Notes under the pieces: model-generated | What the model was told of the DNA's origin: nothing | The model's database searches: none | Seen by the model: the letters and a program-made list of their open reading frames with translations, nothing else | Translations under genes and position numbers: made by a program | In this document: one piece after another, positions 27,001 through 39,900 of the stretch | How the letters are laid out: each line of letters opens with the position of its first letter | Numbering within the stretch: position 1 is the stretch's first letter | NCBI GenBank assembly: GCA_964016885.1 | Contig: OZ024742.1 | Span: 168,144,001 to 168,208,000 of the forward strand | From: Eledone cirrhosa | Taxonomy: Eukaryota | Length of the DNA: 64,000 bases | Direction: 5' to 3'

Positions 27001-30000
27001 ACCCATTAAAAAAAGCCATTAAAAAATCCATTTAAAAAATCCATTAAAAAAAATCCATTTAAAACAACCCATTAAAAAAAATCCATTAAAAAAAAACCCA
27101 TTAAAAAAAATCCATTAAAAATCCATTTAAAAAATCCATTAAAAAAATCCATTAAAAAAAATCCATAAAAAAATCCATTAAAAAAATCCATTAAAAATCC
27201 ATTAAAAAAATCCATTAAAAAAAATTCATTAAAAACCCATTAAAAATCCATTTAAAAAACCCATTAAAAAATCCATTAAAAATCCATTAAAAATCCATTT
27301 AAATCCATTAAAAAACCCATTAAAAAAATCCATTTAAAAAATCCATTAAAAAAAATCCATTTAAAAAAACCCATTAAAAAAATCCATTAAAAAATCCATT
27401 TAAAAAATTCATTAAAAAAAATCCATTAAAAAAATCCATAAAAAAAATCCATTAAAAAAAATCCATTAAAAAAAAATCCGTTAAAAAAAATCCATTAAAA
27501 ACTCAATCAAAAACCCAATTAAAAGGCCATAAAAGAAACATTAAAACAGCATTTAAAATACCATTAAAAACGCCATAAAAAATCATTAAAATTGTTTTTT
27601 ATGAAATTTATAATATGGCTTTTAATGAATTTTTTAATGGGCTTTTAGAATCATTAAAATCCCATTAAAAATACATTAAAGGCCCATTAAAAACGCCATA
27701 AAAAATCCATTAAAAAAATCCATTAAAAAAAAACTCAATCAAAAACCCATAAAAGAAACATTAAAACAGCATTTAAAAAATCCATTAAAAATCCATTAAA
27801 AAAAAATCCATAAAAAAATCCATTAAAAATCCATTAAAAAATCCATTTAAAAAAATCGATTAAAAAATCCATTAAAAACCCATTAAAAATCCATTAAAAA
27901 TCCATTAAAAATCCATTAAAAAATCCATTTAAAAAACCCATTAAAAAAATCCATTAAAAAATCCATTTAAAAATCCATTAAAAAAATCCATTTAAAAAAA
28001 CCCATTAAAAAAAATCCATTAAAAAAATCCATTTAAAAAATCCATAAAAAAAATCCATAAAAAAAATCCATTAAAAAAAATCCATTAAAAAAAAAATCCG
28101 TTAAAAAAAATCCATTAAAAATCCATTAAAAATCCATTAAAAATCCATTAAAAATCCATTAAAAATCCATTTAAAAAAATCCATTAAAAAAATCCATTAA
28201 AAAAATCCATTTAAAAAATCCATTAAAAAAAATCCATTAAAAAAAAATCCATTAAAAAAAATCCATTAAAAATCCATTAAAAAAATCCATTAAAAAAAAT
28301 CCATTAAAAACCCATTAAAAATCCATTAAAAATCCATTAAAAAATCCATTTAAAAAAACCATTAAAAAAATCCATTAAAAAAATCCATTTAAAAAATCCA
28401 TTAAAAAAAAATCCATTAAAAAAAACCCATTAAAAAAAATCCATTAAAAAAATCCATTTAAAAAATCCATTAAAAAAAATCCATTAAAAAAAACTCAATC
28501 AAAAACCCATAAAAGAAACATTAAAACAGCATTTAAAAAATCCATTAAAAATCCATTAAAAAAATCCATTTAAAAAATCCATTAAAAAATCCATTAAAAA
28601 TCCATTAAAAATCCATTAAAAAATCCATTTAAAAAAATCCATTAAAAAAATCCATTTAAAAAATCCATTAAAAAATCCATTTAAAAAATCCATTAAAAAA
28701 AATCCATTAAAAAAAAACATTAAAAAATCCATTAAAAAAAATCCCATTAAAAATACATTAAAGGCCCATTAAAAACGCCATAAAAAATCCATTAAAAAAA
28801 TCCATTAAAAAAAAACTCAATCAAAAACCCATAAAAGAAACATTAAAACAGCATTTAAAAAATCCATTAAAAAAATCCATTTAAAAAAATCCATTAAAAA
28901 ATCCATTAAAAATCCATTAAAAATCCATTAAAAATCCATTAAAAATCCATTAAAAAATCCATTAAAAATCCATTAAAAATCCATTAAAAATCCATTAAAA
29001 AATCCATTTAAAAAAATCCATTAAAAAAATCCATTAAAAAATCCATTTAAAAAATCCATTTAAAAAAATCCATTAAAAAAAATCCATTAAAAAAAAATCC
29101 ATTAAAAAAAATCCATTAAAAAAAAATCCGTTAAAAAAAATCCATTAAAAACTCAATCAAACACCCAATTAAAAGGCCATAAAAGAAACATTAAAACAGC
29201 ATTTAAAATACCATTAAAAACGCCATAAAAAATCATTAAAATTGTTTTTTATGAAATTTATAATATGGCTTTTAATGAACTTTTTAATGGGCTTTTAGAA
29301 TCATTAAAATCCCATTAAAAATACATTAAAGGCCCATTAAAAACGCCATAAAAAATCCATTAAAAAAAATCCATTAAAAAAAAATTCAATCAAAAACCCA
29401 TAAAAGAAACATTAAAACAGCATTTAAAAAACCCATTAAAAATTCATTAAAAAAATCCATTTAAAAAATCCATTAAAAATCCATTAAAAATCCATTAAAA
29501 ATCCATTAAAAATCCATTAAAAATAATCCATTAAAAAAAAATTCAATCAAAAACCCATAAAAGAAACATTAAAACAGCATTTAAAAATCCATTTAAAAAA
29601 ATCCATTTAAAAAAATCCATTAAAAAAGCCATTAAAAATCCATTAAAAATCCATTAAAAAAATCCATTAAAAAAAAATCCATTAAAAAAAATCCATTAAA
29701 AATCCATTAAAAAAATCCATTTAAAAAAATCCATTAAAAAATCCATTAAAAATCCATTAAAAATCCATTAAAAAATCCATTTAAAAAACCCATTAAAAAA
29801 ATCCATTTAAAAAATCCATTTAAAAAATCCATTAAAAAAAATCCATTTAAAAAAACCCATTAAAAAAAATCCATTAAGAAAATCCATTTAAAAAATCCAT
29901 TAAAAAAAATCCATTAAAAAAAATCCATAAAAAAAAATCCATTAAAAAAAATCCATTAAAAAAAAAATCCGTTAAAAAAAATCCATTAAAAAAAAATCCG

Positions 30001-30019
30001 TTAAAAAAATCCATTAAAA

Positions 30020-30097
30020 GCTCAATCCCATTAAAAACGCCATAAAAATCATTAAAATCCAATTAAAGATACATTAAAGGCCCATTAAAAACGCCAT
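30020..30097 (+). repeat. Deleted cassette variant (GCTCAATCCCATTAAAAACGCCATAAAAATCATTAAAATCCAATTAAAGATACATTAAAGGCCC...)
   Basis: The same variant starts at 30020, 41538, 47885, 52128 and 57088. I did not see it in the first 29 kb. Confidence 0.9.
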
Positions 30098-30399
30098 AAA
30101 AAATCCATTAAAAAAATCCATAAAAAAAAACTCAATCAAAAACCCATAAAAGAAACATTAAAACAGCATTTAAAAAATCCATTAAAAATCCATTAAAAAA
30201 ATCCATTTAATAAAATCCATTAAAAAATCCATTAAAAATCCATTAAAAATCCATTAAAAATCCATTAAAAATCCATTAAAAATCCATTAAAAAAATCCAT
30301 TAAAAAAATCCATTAAAAAAAGCCATTAAAAAAATCCATTAAAAAAAGCCATTAAAAAAATCCATTAAAAAAAAATCCATTAAAAATCCATTAAAAAAA

Positions 30400-33300
30400 T
30401 CCATTAAAAACCCATTAAAAATCCATTAAAAAATCCATTAAAAAACCCATTAAAAAAAATCCATTAAAAAAATCCATTTAAAAAATCCATTTAAAAAAAA
30501 TCCATTTAAAAAACCCATTAAAAAAAATCCATTAAAAAAATCCATTTAAAAAAATCCATTAAAAAAATCCATTAAAAAAATCCATTTAAAAAATCCATAA
30601 AAAAAACCCATTAAAAAAAATCCATTAAAAAAAAAATCCATTAAAAAAAATCCATTAAAAAAAATCCATTAAAAATCCATTAAAAAAAATCCATTTAAAA
30701 AAAATTCATTAAAAAATCCATTAAAAATCCATTAAAAATCCATTTAAAAAAATCCATTTAAAAAATCCATTTAAAAAACCCATTACAAAAAATACATTAA
30801 AAAAAATCCATAAAAAAAAAATCCATTAAAAAAAATCCATTAAAAAAAATCTATTAAAAATCCATTAAAAATCCATTAAAAATCCATTAAAAATCCATTA
30901 AAAATCCATTAAAAATCCATTAAAATTCATTAAAAATCCATTAAAAATCCATTAAAAAATCCATTTAAAAAAATCCATTAAAAAATCCATTAAAAAATCC
31001 ATTTAAAAAATCCATTAAAAAAATCCATTAAAAAAAAATCCATTAAAAAAAAAAATCCATTAAAAAAAATCAATTTAAAAAAATCCATTAAAAATCCATT
31101 AAAAAAATCCATTTAAAAAAATCCATTAAAAACCCATTAAAAACCCATTAAAAATCCATTAAAAATCCATTTAAAAAACCCATTAAAAAAAATCCATTAA
31201 AAAAAATCCATTTAAAAAATCCATTAAAAAAAATCCATTAAAAAAACCCATTAAAAAAATCCATTAAAAAAAGCCATTTAAAAAATTCATTAAAAAAAAT
31301 TCATTAAAAAAAAATCCATAAAAAAATCCATTAAAAAAATCCATTAAAAAAAATCCATTAAAAAAAATCCATTAAAAATCCATTAAAAAAATCCATTTAA
31401 AAAAATCCATTAAAAAATCCATTAAAAAACCCATTAAAAATCCATTAAAAATCCATTAAAAATCCATTAAAAATCCATTTAAAAAACCCATTTAAAAAAT
31501 CCATTTAAAAAACCCATTAAAAAAAGCCATTAAAAAATCCATTTAAAAAATCCATTAAAAAAAATCCATTTAAAACAACCCATTAAAAAAAATCCATTAA
31601 AAAAAACCCATTAAAAAAAATCCATTAAAAAAATCCATTTAAAAAATCCATTAAAAAAAATCCATAAAAAAATCCATTAAAAAAGTCCATTAAAAAAATC
31701 CATTTAAAAAATCCATTAAAAAAAATCCATTAAAAAAATCCATAAAAAAAATCCATTAAAAAAAATCCATTAAAAAAAAATCCGTTAAAAAAATCCATTA
31801 AAAACTCAATCAAAAACCCAATTAAAAGGCCATAAAAGAAACATTAAAACAGCATTTAAAATACCATTAAAAACGCCATAAAAAATCATTAAAATTGTTT
31901 TTTATGAAATTTATAATATGGCTTTTAATGAATTTTTTAATGGGCTTTTAGAATCATTAAAATCCCATTAAAAATACATTAAAGGCCCATTAAAAACGCC
32001 ATAAAAAATCCATTAAAAAAATCCATTAAAAAAAAACTCAATCAAAAACCCATAAAAGAAACATTAAAACAGCATTTAAAAAATCCATTAAAAATCCATT
32101 AAAAAAAAATCCATTAACAAAATCCATTAAAAATCCATTAAAAAAATCCATTTAAAAAAATCCATTAAAAAATCCATTAAAAACCCATTAAAAATCCATT
32201 AAAAATCCATTAAAAATCCATTAAAAAATCCATTTAAAAAACCCATTAAAAAAATCCATTAAAAAATCCATTTAAAAATCCATTAAAAAAAATCCATTTA
32301 AAAAAACCCATTAAAAAAAATCCATTAAAAAAATCCATTTAAAAAATCCATAAAAAAAAATCCATAAAAAAAATCCATTAAAAAAAATCCGTTAAAAAAA
32401 AAATCCGTTAAAAAAAATCCATTAAAAATCCATTAAAAATCCATTAAAAATCCATTAAAAATCCATTAAAAATCAATTTAAAAAAATCCATTAAAAAAAT
32501 CCATTAAAAAAATCCATTTAAAAAATCCATTAAAAAAAATCCATTAAAAAAAATCCATTAAAAAAAATCCATTAAAAAAAATAAATTTAAAAAAATCCAT
32601 TAAAAATCCATTAAAAAAATCCATTTAAAAAAATCCATTAAAAACCCATTAAAAATCCATTAAAAATCCATTAAAAAATCCATTAAAAAAACCCATTAAA
32701 AAAAATCCATTAAAAAAATCCATTTAAAAAATCCATTAAAAAAAATCCATTAAAAAAATCCATTTAAAAAAATCCATTAAAAAAATCCATTTAAAAAATC
32801 CATTTAAAAATCCATTTAAAAAATCCATTAAAAAAAATCCATTAAAAAAAACCATTAAAAAATCCATTAAAAAAAATCCCATTAAAAATACATTAAAGGC
32901 CCATTAAAAACGCCATAAAAAATCCATTAAAAAAATCCATTAAAAAAAAACTCAATCAAAAACCCATAAAAGAAACATTAAAACAGCATTTAAAAAATCC
33001 ATTAAAAAAATCCATTTAAAAAAATCCATTAAAAAATCCATTAAAAATCCATTAAAAATCCATTAAAAAATCCATTAAAAATCCATTAAAAATCCATTAA
33101 AAATCCATTAAAAAATCCATTTAAAAAAATCCATTAAAAAAATCCATTAAAAAATCCATTTAAAAAATCCATTTAAAAAAATCCATTAAAAAAAATCCAT
33201 TAAAAAAAAAATCCGTTAAAAAAAATCCATTAAAAACTCAATCAAACACCCAATTAAAAGGCCATAAAAGAAACATTAAAACAGCATTTAAAATACCATT

Positions 33301-36300
33301 AAAAACGCCATAAAAAATCATTAAAATTGTTTTTTATGAAATTTATAATATGGCTTTTAATGAACTTTTTAATGGGCTTTTAGAATCATTAAAATCCCAT
33401 TAAAAATACATTAAAGGCCCATTAAAAACGCCATAAAAAATCCATTAAAAAAAATCCATTAAAAAAAAATTCAATCAAAAACCCATAAAAGAAACATTAA
33501 AACAGCATTTAAAAAACCCATTAAAAATTCATTAAAAAAATCCATTTAAAAAATCCATTAAAAATCCATTAAAAATCCATTAAAAATCCATTAAAAATCC
33601 ATTAAAAATCCATTAAAAATAATCCATTAAAAAAAAATTCAATCAAAAACCCATAAAAGAAACATTAAAACAGCATTTAAAAAATCCATTAAAAAAAATC
33701 CATTTAAAAAAATCCATTAAAAAAGCCATTAAAAATCCATTAAAAATCCATTAAAAAAATCCATTAAAAAAAAATCCATTAAAAAAAATCCATTAAAAAT
33801 CCATTAAAAAAATCCATTTAAAAAAATCCATTAAAAAAAAATCCGTTAAAAAAATCCATTAAAAACTCAATCAAAAACCCAATTAAAAGGCCATAAAAGA
33901 AACATTAAAACAGCATTTAAAATACCATTAAAAACGCCATAAAAAAATCATTAAAATTGTTTTTTATGAAATTTATAATATGGCTTTTAATGAATTTTTT
34001 AATGGGCTTTTAGAATCATTAAAATCCCATTAAAAATACATTAAAGGCCCATTAAAAACCCATTAAAAATCCATTAAAAAATCCATTAAAAAACCCATTA
34101 AAAAAAATCCATTAAAAAAATCCATTTAAAAAATCCATTTAAAAAAAATCCATTTAAAAAACCCATTAAAAAAAATCCATTAAAAAAATCCATTTAAAAA
34201 AATCCATTAAAAAAATCCATTAAAAAAATCCATTTAAAAAATCCATAAAAAAAACCCATTAAAAAAAATCCATTAAAAAAAAAATCCATTAAAAAAAATC
34301 CATTAAAAAAAATCCATTAAAAATCCATTAAAAAAAATCCATTTAAAAAAAATTCATTAAAAAATCCATTAAAAATCCATTAAAAATCCATTTAAAAAAA
34401 TCCATTTAAAAAATCCATTTAAAAAACCCATTACAAAAAATACATTAAAAAAAATCCATAAAAAAAAAATCCATTAAAAAAAATCCATTAAAAAAAATCT
34501 ATTAAAAATCCATTAAAAATCCATTAAAAATCCATTAAAAATCCATTAAAAATCCATTAAAAATCCATTAAAATTCATTAAAAATCCATTAAAAATCCAT
34601 TAAAAAATCCATTTAAAAAAATCCATTAAAAAATCCATTAAAAAATCCATTTAAAAAATCCATTAAAAAAATCCATTAAAAAAAAATCCATTAAAAAAAA
34701 AAATCCATTAAAAAAAATCAATTTAAAAAAATCCATTAAAAATCCATTCAAAAAATCCATTTAAAAAAATCCATTAAAAACCCATTAAAAACCCATTAAA
34801 AATCCATTAAAAATCCATTTAAAAAACCCATTAAAAAAAATCCATAAAAAAAAATCCATTTAAAAAATCCATTAAAAAAAATCCATTAAAAAAACCCATT
34901 AAAAAAATCCATTAAAAAAATCCATTTAAAAAATTCATTAAAAAAAATTCATTAAAAAAAAATCCATAAAAAAATCCATTAAAAAAATCCATTAAAAAAA
35001 ATCCATTAAAAAAAATCCATTAAAAATCCATTAAAAAAATCCATTTAAAAAAATCCATTAAAAAATCCATTAAAAAACCCATTAAAAATCCATTAAAAAT
35101 CCATTAAAAATCCATTAAAAATCCATTTAAAAAACCCATTTAAAAAATCCATTTAAAAAACCCATTAAAAAAAGCCATTAAAAAATCCATTTAAAAAATC
35201 CATTAAAAAAAATCCATTTAAAACAACCCATTAAAAAAAATCCATTAAAAAAAACCCATTAAAAAAAATCCATTAAAAAAATCCATTTAAAAAATCCATT
35301 AAAAAAAATCCATAAAAAAATCCATTAAAAAAATCCATTAAAAAAATCCATTTAAAAAATCCATTAAAAAAAATCCATTAAAAAAATCCATAAAAAAAAT
35401 CCATTAAAAAAAATCCATTAAAAAAAAATCCGTTAAAAAAATCCATTAAAAACTCAATCAAAAACCCAATTAAAAGGCCATAAAAGAAACATTAAAACAG
35501 CATTTAAAATACCATTAAAAACGCCATAAAAAATCATTAAAATTGTTTTTTATGAAATTTATAATATGGCTTTTAATGAATTTTTTAATGGGCTTTTAGA
35601 ATCATTAAAATCCCATTAAAAATACATTAAAGGCCCATTAAAAACGCCATAAAAAATCCATTAAAAAAATCCATTAAAAAAAAACTCAATCAAAAACCCA
35701 TAAAAGAAACATTAAAACAGCATTTAAAAAATCCATTAAAAATCCATTAAAAAAAAATCCATTAACAAAATCCATTAAAAATCCATTAAAAAAATCCATT
35801 TAAAAAAATCCATTAAAAAATCCATTAAAAACCCATTAAAAATCCATTAAAAATCCATTAAAAATCCATTAAAAAATCCATTTAAAAAACCCATTAAAAA
35901 AATCCATTAAAAAATCCATTTAAAAATCCATTAAAAAAAATCCATTTAAAAAAACCCATTAAAAAAAATCCATTAAAAAAATCCATTTAAAAAATCCATA
36001 AAAAAAAATCCATAAAAAAAATCCATTAAAAAAAATCCGTTAAAAAAAAAATCCGTTAAAAAAAATCCATTAAAAATCCATTAAAAATCCATTAAAAATC
36101 CATTAAAAATCCATTAAAAATCAATTTAAAAAAATCCATTAAAAAAATCCATTAAAAAAATCCATTTAAAAAATCCATTAAAAAAAATCCATTAAAAAAA
36201 ATCCATTAAAAAAAATCCATTAAAAAAAATAAATTTAAAAAAATCCATTAAAAATCCATTAAAAAAATCCATTTAAAAAAATCCATTAAAAACCCATTAA

Positions 36301-39300
36301 AAATCCATTAAAAATCCATTAAAAAATCCATTTAAAAAAACCATTAAAAAAAATCCATTAAAAAAATCCATTTAAAAAATCCATTAAAAAAAATCCATTA
36401 AAAAAACCCATTAAAAAAAATCCATTAAAAAAATCCATTTAAAAAATCCATTAAAAAAAATCCATTAAAAAAATCCATTTAAAAAAATCCATTAAAAAAA
36501 TCCATTTAAAAAATCCATTTAAAAATCCATTTAAAAAATCCATTAAAAAAAATCCATTAAAAAAAACCATTAAAAAATCCATTAAAAAAAATCCCATTAA
36601 AAATACATTAAAGGCCCATTAAAAACGCCATAAAAAATCCATTAAAAAAATCCATTAAAAATCCATTTAAAAAACCCATTTAAAAAATCCATTTAAAAAA
36701 CCCATTAAAAAAAGCCATTAAAAAATCCATTTAAAAAATCCATTAAAAAAAATCCATTTAAAACAACCCATTAAAAAAAATCCATTAAAAAAAACCCATT
36801 AAAAAAAATCCATTAAAAAAATCCATTTAAAAAATCCATTAAAAAAAATCCATAAAAAAATCCATTAAAAAAATCCATTAAAAAAATCCATTTAAAAAAT
36901 CCATTAAAAAAAATCCATTAAAAAAATCCATAAAAAAAATCCATTAAAAAAAATCCATTAAAAAAAAATCCGTTAAAAAAATCCATTAAAAACTCAATCA
37001 AAAACCCAATTAAAAGGCCATAAAAGAAACATTAAAACAGCATTTAAAATACCATTAAAAACGCCATAAAAAATCATTAAAATTGTTTTTTATGAAATTT
37101 ATAATATGGCTTTTAATGAATTTTTTAATGGGCTTTTAGAATCATTAAAATCCCATTAAAAATACATTAAAGGCCCATTAAAAACGCCATAAAAAATCCA
37201 TTAAAAAAATCCATTAAAAAAAAACTCAATCAAAAACCCATAAAAGAAACATTAAAACAGCATTTAAAAAATCCATTAAAAATCCATAAAAAAAAAATCC
37301 ATTAACAAAATCCATTAAAAATCCATTAAAAAAATCCATTTAAAAAAATCCATTAAAAAATCCATTAAAAACCCATTAAAAATCCATTAAAAATCCATTA
37401 AAAATCCATTAAAAAATCCATTTAAAAAACCCATTAAAAAAATCCATTAAAAAATCCATTTAAAAATCCATTAAAAAAAATCCATTTAAAAAAACCCATT
37501 AAAAAAAATCCATTAAAAAAATCCATTTAAAAAATCCATAAAAAAAAATCCATAAAAAAAATCCATTAAAAAAAATCCGTTAAAAAAAAAATCCGTTAAA
37601 AAAAATCCATTAAAAATCCATTAAAAATCCATTAAAAATCCATTAAAAATCCATTAAAAATCAATTTAAAAAAATCCATTAAAAAAATCCATTAAAAAAA
37701 TCCATTTAAAAAATCCATTAAAAAAAATCCATTAAAAAAAATCCATTAAAAAAATCCATTAAAAAAAATAAATTTAAAAAAATCCATTAAAAATCCATTA
37801 AAAAAATCCATTTAAAAAAATCCATTAAAAACCCATTAAAAATCCATTAAAAATCCATTAAAAAATCCATTTAAAAAAACCATTAAAAAAAATCCATTAA
37901 AAAAATCCATTTAAAAAATCCATTAAAAAAAATCCATTAAAAAAACCCATTAAAAAAAATCCATTAAAAAAATCCATTTAAAAAATCCATTAAAAAAAAT
38001 CCATTAAAAAAATCCATTTAAAAAAATCCATTAAAAAAATCCATTTAAAAAATCCATTTAAAAATCCATTTAAAAAATCCATTAAAAAAAATCCATTAAA
38101 AAAAACCATTAAAAAATCCATTAAAAAAAATCCCATTAAAAATACATTAAAGGCCCATTAAAAACGCCATAAAAAATCCATTAAAAAAATCCATTAAAAA
38201 AAAACTCAATCAAAAACCCATAAAAGAAACATTAAAACAGCATTTAAAAAATCCATTAAAAAAATCCATTTAAAAAAATCCATTAAAAAATCCATTAAAA
38301 ATCCATTAAAAATCCATTAAAAAATCCATTAAAAATCCATTAAAAATCCATTAAAAATCCATTAAAAAATCCATTTAAAAAAATCCATTAAAAAAATCCA
38401 TTAAAAAATCCATTTAAAAAATCCATTTAAAAAAATCCATTAAAAAAAATCCATTAAAAAAAAAATCCGTTAAAAAAAATCCATTAAAAACTCAATCAAA
38501 CACCCAATTAAAAGGCCATAAAAGAAACATTAAAACAGCATTTAAAATACCATTAAAAACGCCATAAAAAATCATTAAAATTGTTTTTTATGAAATTTAT
38601 AATATGGCTTTTAATGAACTTTTTAATGGGCTTTTAGAATCATTAAAATCCCATTAAAAATACATTAAAGGCCCATTAAAAACGCCATAAAAAATCCATT
38701 AAAAAAAATCCATTAAAAAAAAATTCAATCAAAAACCCATAAAAGAAACATTAAAACAGCATTTAAAAAACCCATTAAAAATTCATTAAAAAAATCCATT
38801 TAAAAAATCCATTAAAAATCCATTAAAAATCCATTAAAAATCCATTAAAAATCCATTAAAAATCCATTAAAAATAATCCATTAAAAAAAAATTCAATCAA
38901 AAACCCATAAAAGAAACATTAAAACAGCATTTAAAAAATCCATTAAAAAAAATCCATTTAAAAAAATCCATTAAAAAAGCCATTAAAAATCCATTAAAAA
39001 TCCATTAAAAAAATCCATTAAAAAAAAATCCATTAAAAAAAATCCATTAAAAATCCATTAAAAAAATCCATTTAAAAAAATCCATTAAAAAAAAATCCGT
39101 TAAAAAAATCCATTAAAAACTCAATCAAAAACCCAATTAAAAGGCCATAAAAGAAACATTAAAACAGCATTTAAAATACCATTAAAAACGCCATAAAAAA
39201 TCATTAAAATTGTTTTTTATGAAATTTATAATATGGCTTTTAATGAATTTTTTAATGGGCTTTTAGAATCATTAAAATCCCATTAAAAATACATTAAAGG

Positions 39301-39900
39301 CCCATTAAAAACGCCATAAAAAATCCATTAAAAAAATCCATTAAAAAAAAACTCAATCAAAAACCCATAAAAGAAACATTAAAACAGCATTTAAAAAATC
39401 CATTAAAAATCCATTAAAAAAAAATCCATTAACAAAATCCATTAAAAATCCATTAAAAAAATCCATTTAAAAAAATCCATTAAAAAATCCATTAAAAACC
39501 CATTAAAAATCCATTAAAAATCCATTAAAAATCCATTAAAAAATCCATTTAAAAAACCCATTAAAAAAATCCATTAAAAAATCCATTTAAAAATCCATTA
39601 AAAAAATCCATTTAAAAAACCCATTAAAAAAAATCCATTAAAAAAATCCATTTAAAAAATCCATAAAAAAAAATCCATAAAAAAAATCCATTAAAAAAAA
39701 TCCGTTAAAAAAAAAATCCGTTAAAAAAAATCCATTAAAAATCCATTAAAAATCCATTAAAAATCCATTAAAAATCCATTAAAAATCAATTTAAAAAAAT
39801 CCATTAAAAAAATCCATTAAAAAAATCCATTTAAAAAATCCATTTAAAAAAATCCATTAAAAAAAATCCATTAAAAAAATCCATTAAAAAAAAATCCATT
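30400..39900 (+). repeat. Nested tandem duplications (offsets about 3648, 1540 and 5254 bp)
   Basis: CCATTACAAAAAATACATT about 30780/34428 and islands 31896/35544 give about 3648 bp. Islands 35544/37084 give 1540 bp. Island pairs 33328/38582 and 33958/39211 give about 5254 bp. Confidence 0.85.

Noticed and set aside
29874-30062. 62-aa ORF on the - strand (MDFNDFYGVFNG...FFNGFF...)
   Set aside because: It is a translation of the satellite (F/N/G/D/M/L repeats) with a TTG start. It stays open only because local A-run lengths keep the TAA of each monomer out of frame. There is no coding context.
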